From Lingula anatina (Eukaryota > Animalia > Brachiopoda): DNA of 64,000 nt. Each line of letters starts with the position of its first letter. Position 1 is the stretch's first letter. The notes beneath the pieces are model-generated. The model worked only from the letters and a program-made list of their open reading frames with translations. It had not been told where the DNA came from and searched no databases. A program made the position numbers and the translations under genes. The stretch lies in contig CM120646.1 in NCBI GenBank assembly GCA_051362555.1, positions 15,376,001-15,440,000 of the forward strand, written 5' to 3'. Below are positions 55,101 to 64,000 of the stretch, piece after piece.

Positions 55101-58099
55101 AATCAATTTACATTTTAACAAAGGTCTTCCAATTTTTTTTTTAATTTCAAATTCAATACAGAAAAGATAAATGGTTTTCTTGAGAGGTGGCTATGTTCAA
55201 TAAACAACTGTCAGCATTATTTTAAAAGTATATCATAACTGCTACAAATGCTTCCAATGAATTTCCATTTCAATACAAATTCATTACTCACATAGTACTG
55301 GTCAAAAACCAACACCAGGCGGCACCACTTGTTCTTTGGTATCGTGAGTGGGGTAACCAAGGCAACAGACTGATTATTTTTCTTGTGAACTTGAACATGG
55401 ATCTTTCCTGAAATTTATGACAAAGTTTACCCTCAACAACCTGCCAAACAATTTGAAATGTATTTACTTTAAACACGCCCATTTGACACATTATGAACAA
55501 TAATGACATTGTAAGTTAACTTAGGTCAATTACTGCTTGACATCCATAAATGTTATCAGTCTTAAATTCTGGCAATATTCCATCGTCTGACCTGTCATCA
55601 TTTACAGAGTAATATCTAAAGTGAGTTCAGATAAACTTATAGTTTATATCTGAAAAATTAACAAAAATGACAATATTATGACCTAAACTGAATTTTTCCT
55701 TTAAGTTTACTAGTAAGATAAAAATAAATGGACCATTTTCCTGTTAAAGAAAATGATCAGTGACATTAATATCTACAGCATACTTACCCTCTTCCTGGAT
55801 CAAAATGATAGGAGTAAGAAACTGCCCATCCCATGTCCTTTGTTGTACTAGGCTGCCAAACTTTGAGGTGCTGCAATTGTACTGCATCACATACAGGTAA
55901 ATGACTGCAGTAAACCTAAAAAATCAACAAGTTTTAAGTTTTAAAAGCTGTAAAATAAAAAGTTTTTTTCTTTCAAGGTTATCTTTATGTTGGATATAAA
56001 AGTATGAATATGTAACAAATAAAACTTATTTTGTTCCCTAAGCACACATGAATCCCACCCCCACCCTTCAGTATAATTATAATTATCAGCAATTTTGACA
56101 TTTATCCATTTTACAATCCTAGCCAAAAAAGGCAACTGATTCAGAAAAAAAATTATAAAAACACTTGCCTGGGAGATGAGAATTGTTCTTGTCTAAGCTC
56201 TTTATTTTTAAACGGTGTGAAGGTCCTGGAAACCCCATGAGCAGATGCTCTCATCAGTACTGGATAGGTTAAAATTTGGATCACATCTGAAATACAAAAA
56301 TATATTAATTTACTGCCTTTGTGCAAACTATTTAAGAAACTCGAGATCACTTTCAATTATAAAGTCATTAAATATCATAGCAAATATTCAAATTTTGATC
56401 AATTAAATCAAGTTTTCTAAAATGAAACAAAATGAAATGTTATGAAAACTTTCTAAAATACCATATCAAATATTCTGATACAGTATTTAATTCAGTCTAT
56501 TAATCCTCCATAATTCCTGAAGCACGGTTTGACTAAGGTGCTAAATTTTTTTATCAAATGTTATTTAAGAGAATTATGGGGAAAAACACTCATTCTTTTT
56601 TCCAATCACATACCTTCTTCTTCTTGAACACATAATGGCTGAGATTTTGAGATTTCATCCTGAAGTACTTTCTTCCAACTATGGCACAATTTTCTTGAGA
56701 CATTCTTAGTCTGCTCATTTTCTTCAGTCAGCATGGACATTGGAAGTAATATTTTTATTTGGTATGAAGTTCTAGTTGAGGCCATATTCCAAGCTCCTTG
56801 ATGGTTTTCACTAAGACTGTATAATTCCCGTGAAATTATCCATGCTCTAACAACAGCTGGCACTGTGAGAGAAGTCAATCCCAAAGTGTTGCTGGACTGT
56901 GCAGCACCAGAATTTGAAGTAGTCTTCTGCTGGCTAGACAGTAGCATTTTTAGTTCTCTCAAAGATTTTTCATTTACTTTTAAGTTGGTTTTAAGGGACT
57001 GAACGATATGTTCCAGTGGTAAACACAGCCATGTTTTGTCGAATAACATCAGCTTTTGTCCTGTATTTGTAATAATTGCACTGAGTTCAACTCCAGCCAC
57101 ACTTGGCTCTTTGCAGCCATATGTAACTGTTACATTGGTGTTTGGTAAGTTATTCATTGGAATCAAAGGAGGTAAGTCTTGGAAGTCTATGCTGTAAGTG
57201 TTTACTGCTCTGATCTGCTGTACAGGTACATCTGTGGAGGAAATGTCCTGAAAAATAATAATTACTTTTTAAATTACGTTAATGCTTGGCCTTCTAATAT
57301 TAATATTACTCTATAAGCAAATCATCTTAAACTCGCAATAAAGACTGCAGACTATTTGCAAGTCATTGGAGAACTCATTAATATTCAGTACCAAGCATTC
57401 CACATAGCATAAAAGAGACCATTTTGGTTGACAAAGTATTTCTAAAGCTGCAAATGTTTGCCACATACATACATCTCTCCATCCCAAACATATCCTAGCT
57501 AAAAAAAAACCCACATACAGTGTATATATATACACATATCAATTTGTGGTATTATTAAGGATTTATTTTGCCTCCAGTGAGAACGTTTTGTTCACAGTAA
57601 ATATGCCAGCAACAGTGGGTCTGTATATTCATGTAACTATAACATTCAATGATTGCTGGTATTTATTATTTAACAAACCACTGTTTGCAGCCCTCACTAC
57701 TGCACTGAATTTACTGGGGGTGGGGGTTGTTTTCAAAATGTGGACTCACTGAAGTAAAAATAATAATAAATAACGTAAATACAACTTACTTTACAAACAG
57801 TAAAATACATATGCAATTCTGATAGCTTATTTTGTAAACTAAAAGCTACCATCAACTTGCTAATAGCCATAAACCCTGCATGCATGACTGCATCGCAGCT
57901 AATCAAGAAGACGCAAGTCTGCAAAATTAATTTTCAAGGGTCTCACAAAACGCCAATTCGGCAGAGAAAACACACGAGTGATGTCAAAATCCGTGGATTA
58001 TAAAGTAATCATAATTACCTGTGCTACTGAAACCCTTATAAACAGCAGTAAGGAAAAAATAATACGCTGCATCGTGAGAGACCACTCGTCTTCCTCCAT
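41621..58099 (-). CDS. SEL1L3: SEL1L3-like protein (signal peptide, LamG/ConA-like region, Sel1-like repeats), ~20 exons; 3' end uncertain
   Basis: Exons at approximately 58019-58099 (MEEDEWSLTMQRIIFSLLLFIRVSVAQ), 56614-57247, 56169-56286, 55788-55915 (FTAVIYLYV..TPIILIQEEG), 55292-55407 (IPKNKWCRL), 54780-54847, 50422-50561 (YSDTAGTFDFGG), 49818-49962, 49271-49451, 48725-48859, 48236-48353, 47933-47994, 47610-47728 (FLWLKYQASQGD), 47116-47252, 46500-46562, 45889-46062 (AWNALGWYY), 44403-44527, 43728-43811, 43280-43453, 42533-42637 (KMGDYFWYG), 42155-42282 (GLFNLA) and 41621-41708 (EAYIPCQLAL). Motif order parallels vertebrate SEL1L3 as I recall it. Confidence 0.88.
43213..43266. repeat. (CA)n microsatellite
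   Basis: Directly visible. Confidence 0.95.
44030..44420. repeat. 61-bp tandem repeat (6 full copies plus a partial one) overlapping a SEL1L3 exon end and splice donor
   Basis: tacttacatagcagc(c/t)tgatatggg...gggaacaccttgtgatctagg starting at 44030, 44091, 44152, 44213, 44274, 44335 and 44396. Confidence 0.95.
46075..46142. repeat. (ATA)n microsatellite
   Basis: Directly visible. Confidence 0.95.
50722..50979. mobile_element. Near-perfect ~258-bp palindromic MITE (PIF/Harbinger-like termini)
   Basis: Arms of ~120 bp (ggcttcgttcacatg...gcgcgagtcagttact and agtaactggctcgcgc...catgtgaatgaagct) surround a ~13-nt loop, with TTA/TAA flanks. Confidence 0.85.
52547..52758. mobile_element. TTAA-flanked MITE copy 2 (internally deleted)
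   Basis: ttaa-agggataataactcttc ... gaagagttattatccct-ttaa perfect terminal inverted repeat. Confidence 0.85.
52861..53204. mobile_element. TTAA-flanked MITE copy 3 (full length)
   Basis: ttaa-agggataataactcttcg ... cgaagagtaattatccct-ttaa. Confidence 0.85.
53379..53933 (+). CDS. Sarcoplasmic calcium-binding protein / calexcitin-like EF-hand protein (184 aa), nested antisense in a SEL1L3 intron
   Basis: Uninterrupted ORF with FWYKKMKTFY..D, EF loops DKHSHGYITYEE (atypical), DLNKNGEISVDE and DTNNDNVISKEE, and C-terminal FWGALID. A pyrimidine tract plus CAG acceptor at 53351-53373 favours the ATG at 53379 over the one at 53307. Confidence 0.9.
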   Translation: MSTSSEEPSQFWYKKMKTFYRRADKHSHGYITYEEYIKMADYFEKTGQLSPVKAQHLRRALAHTWQHCWCHGTTCDQVTEEEFISNMAEFVKGDRREIVTLAMPYIYEAIDLNKNGEISVDEYRTFLSGHGIDTTHADAAFAAMDTNNDNVISKEEFLHAAEEFFLSNEEGGVNSHCFWGALID

Positions 58100-61000
58100 G
58101 TTTGATCGTCTGCATACAACCACGCGTGCAATGTTGATTATTTGTAAATTATTTAGTATCTCTTGTGAGTAATATAGAAAACTCGCCCGTGAAAAATTGA
58201 GGAAGACACATTTATAAGCACGTCCAAAATATTAAACAAATAACTCCCTCTACAATTCTATTTAACAATGAAATCCCTTGGGCAAGATAAAAAAGTTATG
58301 GCACGCGTTAGCACTTACTTGCCAACTCATTTCAAGGCGAGACGGGGAGCGTGACTTTATCTTCACAACCAAAACATTTTGTAATAAATTGCGGTATCGC
58401 GAGGATTATTGCATTTGTTTCACCAGTTTATTTAACGCCAACGTTTTCTGTTTGACGATCGATATTTCCCATTTGAAATTAAAATCAGCGCTTTAATAAG
58501 GCAATTTATAATTCAGCTGTTTTTAATCAAGTAATTAAAATACATTTTAACAGAAAACGGTAACAGTACGTGATTTCATAAGTTATGTTATTTGCACAAA
58601 AATTCAATCTACAGATTATTATGAAACAAACAACTTCAGGGCATTAAAAAAAAACACTGACATTGCATCAAAGACAAATTAGACCAACATTGTGACAGAT
58701 GAGATCTGATGAGCGCTGTTGAATTTTGGCAAGATACAAGCACAATCATAAAGATACCGAAGTGAAAAGCAACGTAACGTAAATTTTCTACTCCACGCGA
58801 AGTTCACAATTATTTTGAGGTTTCTAAAATCCCTTTTCACATTTGTCACAATCTCAAATATCCGGAAGTAAAAGACAAGAGTTTTCTTTATGTTGCAATA
58901 GAATTAAGACATCTTTATTCATTCATGAACACATGTAACAAAGCAGTGACAACACTAGCTCACATGAATGCTTAAAAATTCATTAATGATTAATCAACCA
59001 GACATCAAGTAGCTTTATGTTGGACGAGGCATCATTCAATGGCAGTCTGGCCAACTACAACAGACGTGAAAATATTAAACCAGTTAAATTCCCACACTGT
59101 TATTCTAAACCATATACTACAATACAGATACGTACCTTGCCAACACAAAAAGCTAGTTACTTAAAAGCTATTCAGCATAACATCAGACAAATTACTGCAA
59201 AATTTTAAATTATCTCAACAAAAACTAATTGTTTGCATTCAATTCAAATCTCATGCGAAAGAACATGAAACTGCAACTTTGCAGGTTAAAAAAAACAAGT
59301 GAATAGAAACTTGCCCTAAAACACCCCTTCTAATAATATGGCAAAAATTGTGATTATTTATACAAACAAAACTTCACCTCTTGGCTCCCCATTCTTAACA
59401 ATATAGACTTGCACATTGGCAGTTGGAACCGCATTGTAAAAGAGGAAAACCCTAGTGTAACATGTCCTAGAGCAACAGCATTCGGCCCATCATTGACAAT
59501 AAGCCAAGAACTGGGCAAATGTACTATTTATGGAGCGTCCCTAGCTTAGAGGTACACAAGTTGTTATCCTTGAACCTACATTGCCAGAGTTTTCAGTTAG
59601 TTATATCTTACTACATAACACTTCCCTTAGGCAGTGGAAAATACAGGAGCTGATGAAAAACTGGATTTCAAGATAATGACATTACCAAATGTCTGTCATA
59701 CAGATAAACCAAATTTCTACTGAAGCTGCTAATAAAACTCCAAGCTCCATTGATAACTGTTAAAGTTACACATTTCATTAAATAACTGCATATCATAAAT
59801 AGTTACAGTCAAGAGATTCCATTTGGTCTTTGGCAATTACAAAAGTACAAAACTACCAATTGCTGTACAAATTTATATTACAAAGCATTGTGTTGACATA
59901 TGTGTTGTCTACGTGTTCCTTAGTCATACTCTTTCTACCTAGCCTTCAGTTTTAAATTAAGGCCATTAAGCATAATATAAAAATGCTCTTGCCCAGAGTG
60001 CAAAATCTAATGGCAGTGAGTGTATTCCAATTGGAGGTGCAGTCATTCTTAGACTGAAATTGTTGCAATGAGAAATTCTCTATGAACACCACAGTATAAT
60101 TATTTCAATCATATAGTCCTGAAAGTCTTTTTATATAAATTTGTCCTCATTTCAATCATCATTTGTTTGTATCTGCAAATGGTCACATCCTATCCACCCG
60201 TTGAGTAGTCATAAAACTTTACCAAAAGAGAAAACCCTCTCTTTATCCCTACTGTCACATAAACAGATGGCAGCACTTGATTCCTCAATAAAGACAAGCC
60301 CCATTCCAAACCACACAAAGCTGACTTAATGAACCTGTTCAGCTGGAGCACCACAATACAATTGTTTAAAATTACTAAATGAAAAGCTCATGTTCCATAA
60401 TCAGCCCAAATCCTTTATATTATATAATTACCAGTGCCAGAGCAAATGTTATATATCTAAAACACAAGTCTGTGCCTTCAAAATTACCTATGAAATGGAG
60501 ATGGTCCACTCAAGAGCTAAGGCAGCCTAAGCCTACTAATGTGTTACATGTTAATCCCCTTCCATGGTTTGGCAAATTCACAGTGGATACAACAACCAAA
60601 GCAATTACATAACCATATCTTACTATAAACATAAATCCAGTTATACATATATTTTGTGCATGAAAATTATAGTATCTCTAAATATTAATAACAAACTTCA
60701 AACCATTCTGTCTCATGTTAATGGAATAACACCCAAGGAGATCACAAGATCTAAATGCAGGAATGCATGAAACCACCTGCACTGTATAACAAACTCTAGT
60801 TTGTGTGAAACCATGGTATTGTAAATGTTCACTGTTAATTTTATGGTTAGTTAAAATTGAAACAATTATCCATCTAAGTCACCTTAATCAGCCCTGCAGT
60901 GCTCAATGTTTCACATTTCTAGCAGTCTGCATATCATGCATTTAAAAACCGTTTCTCTCTTATTCTACAAATTAACCGAAAAAAAAAAAAAAAAAAAAAA

Positions 61001-63221
61001 AAAACATTCTTCTCAATTTTCTCAGTTTCAAACATATTTTCCATATCATAACGAAAATAATGTACAGTCAATTTAATAACCTTCTATTGGCAAATCCATA
61101 AATAAAAATCTGATAAAATAGTAAAATGGATGTCTCTACATATAAGCATCATTAATGAGCTAGTGATAATGCACATGAAATCAGATAACAGAGGACAGGG
61201 TGAACGATGTCCACTATCAGCAAGTGTCCATCAAGATGACCACAAACTTATCACTACACATCTAGACGTACATCATCTATTTCTACTACAATGACCTGAC
61301 CAACAAAGAAACAATGTTGTTTTAATATTAGCAAATTTAATGTCCCCTACCCCAGTGAAGTGTTGTCTAGCATCTAGTTTCTTTTGATAGCTTATAATAT
61401 AGATACCCAGTGCAATAAGTGACCTAAAATTGCCCGTTTCCTATCCATCTCTAGAGTAAAATATACACATATGATATACTGCAAATTGCTGAAACCATGT
61501 GATACACTAGAGTACAATCAACTCCTTACAAAATTATGTCATTTTCACATATAGTTTATCTTTAGGAACAAAATCAAAGTAGGAGTACCTTGTATTGATA
61601 TGTACAATCCTCTTAAGGGAAAGTTGCTGTCTATGTACAGTGAACTGCAATGATCTTGAATGAAGTGATTCACCACATGGCCGTATTTTCCCATCAAAAA
61701 TTGGCGAGGCACTTACATATGATATGGACGTTTTTGCCTTCAAACACGTCCAATGCTGGTAGCTTTACAATATGGCAATAGCTGACATGATGGTACTTAC
61801 TATGGTATAACAAAACTTATTTTCTTGAAATTGAAGTAAGGCTGTGTGAATGAAACTGCAGGTTTTACATCTGATGAACCCATTTTAATATGGTATACAT
61901 TCCTTTAACTCATTGGAAAATGGGACACAGGTGAAAACTAACATATTATCTGTATCAATAATAATGTACTATGTTACAACTGCAACCTCCCTTCTGTACA
62001 AAACAATACATGGCATTGTGCAAATGTACACTACAGCTACATGGTCCAAAAGATTTTGTACACTATTCACAATTTTAGAGCGAAAAAATACATTATACAA
62101 ACAATATGAAACAAGTTCTTTGTGAAAAACTGAGAAAATGTTGTCAGATTCAATACACATTAAAATGCTGAAAGCTTGTGCTAGAGAAAAATTAAATTCT
62201 CAATTACTGTAAAAATGACAATAAATTAATCTGAGAATCTGAATGATTAGCAACAACACTGATTACATAATTCAACTGGCTTAACCCTAATCTCGTCTTA
62301 AACCCATAACCCCGAGTATTCAGCTTACTTTCTGTCCAATACAAAAAAGTTGCCTATAAGCCACACACACGGGGTGTCCAGATGTGCTACAAACACAAAG
62401 AGCGACCATTCATTTGCGAAAACTGCAAAAAAAAAAAAATCTGTCGTCCCACAATTTCATCAAGTGTTACAGAAGCTAACTGGTGCAAAACAAGCCAAGT
62501 GCTTTTTACACAAATCTCACCGGTTAAATGTTGGCATTCCAAAGTATCACAAAAGATGTCAGAAAATCATACAATAAATCACAGTCTTCAGAGCCCTTAT
62601 TTAACCTTATTTCAAAATAAAAATAATAATAGTAATCCTATCCAGAGATCAGTCTTGAGATTATTTCTTAGTTATTTTTTCATTGGAAATGACACCTGTC
62701 TGAAATTCCCTGACCTGCTGAAGCCAAACCCAAATGTGACAAACTATCACTAATGTGACTGGGTTGAATTAAAATGTTGTGGAAGATACTATAAAAATGA
62801 TCAAGTTCAATCTAAACTTGTGATCCTTGTATTTGGTAATGTAACAAGTATTACTGCTATGCTTCATGGTGTGCAGCCTTCTCAAGTGAGAAATGAATAA
62901 ACAGTTGTTAAATTGGCCATTAACTGCAAGTTGTAAGATTTGACAGAGTACATTTGTCTCCATGCAAAAGAAAAATAAAATTCCCTAAGATCCATAAGTA
63001 AGTGCTTGACAGAATACAATGTGTTACCAATAATACTATAATGATGTTTATTTCACTTTCCAGTGCCATCTGTCCAATGCTGCCCAGTGACTGAATTTTA
63101 ACAGAAAACACACACAAACAAACTTAACTATGTGCAAAGTACTGAGATCAAGTGTAAAATTTCCCTGATACAATCAAACTCCACAATCTTGCTGAAGAAA
63201 CGCAGATAGGCACATTTCTCT

Positions 63222-63254
<33 letters not shown>

Positions 63255-63666
63255 ATCCTGCCACAGAGGTAAAGTCTCACAGAGACCAAGTTTCCAGGAA
63301 GATGCTGGAGTCAATAGCTATTGTTATCTATTCTTGTTCATTTAACTTGGAAGTCACTAAACACCATGTCTGGCCAGGAAAGGAGTATTTTCTTTAGGCC
63401 AAGCACCTAACTCATTAGGTTCTGGTGGATGAAGAGTTTTTCAACAGTTTCTTCTTTTGAGATCTTCTAGTCAAACCTTGGCACAATTTAAAGGCAAAAG
63501 TAGTACAGCACATGGAAGTCAGTGTGTCATATCTAGAAAAAGAGGGGAAGTGAAATCCAGGAAGCAAATATCTGTCCCCTTTGTGTCCGTTGCACATCTA
63601 GTCCATTGTACGAATATCAATATTTAGATATAATAAAGCATGGCATGTCTCAATTCTTATACACCA

Positions 63667-64000
63667 TTATGCTTTAACCAAATCTGCTCCTCTAACCCAA
63701 TGGAACTTGTCCTGTTTCCGCGCATTAAATCCTGAAGAGTGGCCGACCTTGGAGTGGAATGGTTTGGAGGGACGAAGGGAAGCTTGATGCTGGTGCTTCA
63801 AATGACCTTGGCCTTGTTGCTGGTGGTCCCCTGACCCCTTCTGATAGTGCTGCTGATGCTTGGGTTTGGTGTTATGTTGGCTGTAGAATGGCTGTTGTTG
63901 AATGTTAAAGCTGCTCAACTGGTAGTTGCTATTGTTCTTGGAGTTGTTCTGAAGATGGTGTTGGAAATGGCTGCCCTTTTTGTTGGTGCGGAAGGTCTTG
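63667..64000 (-). CDS. Terminal coding exon of an unidentified gene (Gln/His/Asn-rich, low-complexity C-terminus); continues beyond the window
   Basis: The frame is open from the window edge (KTFRTNKKGSHFQHHLQNN...FHWVRGADLVKA*). It is GC-richer than its flanks and is followed by ~4.7 kb of UTR-like sequence. Confidence 0.6.
   Translation of the reverse strand, partial: KTFRTNKKGSHFQHHLQNNSKNNSNYQLSSFNIQQQPFYSQHNTKPKHQQHYQKGSGDHQQQGQGHLKHQHQASLRPSKPFHSKVGHSSGFNARKQDKFHWVRGADLVKA

Overview
This is AT-rich, intron-containing animal genomic DNA, not prokaryotic. Gene and repeat content suggest a marine invertebrate, probably a mollusc or other lophotrochozoan (inference). Genes reconstructed by hand from splice sites, left to right: (1) the 3' part of a GH31 lysosomal alpha-glucosidase/maltase-glucoamylase-like gene (+, 267-6585); (2) a two-exon secreted mytilectin-type beta-trefoil lectin fused to a CEL-III/aerolysin-like pore-forming domain (-, 8515-9720), with degenerate sugar-binding motifs; (3) glycerol kinase (-, 12372-22286) with alternative C-terminal exons; (4) a TNF-receptor-like type I membrane protein lying head-to-head with it (+, 22616-32721), with no recognisable death domain, IRF and NF-kB motifs in intron 1, and a duplicated cytoplasmic exon pair; (5) a decayed hAT-like transposase; (6) a ~3.5 kb non-autonomous Helitron/Helentron-like element carrying a ~145-bp satellite rich in nuclear-receptor motifs; (7) a SEL1L3-like gene (-, 41621-58099) with two GC-AG introns, 61-bp duplications of exon ends, and a nested antisense EF-hand (SCP-like) gene; (8) the last exon and long 3' UTR of an unidentified gene. 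Several MITEs and microsatellites are also present. Exon boundaries are manual and unverified by transcripts, and family calls rest on remembered motifs, not database searches.
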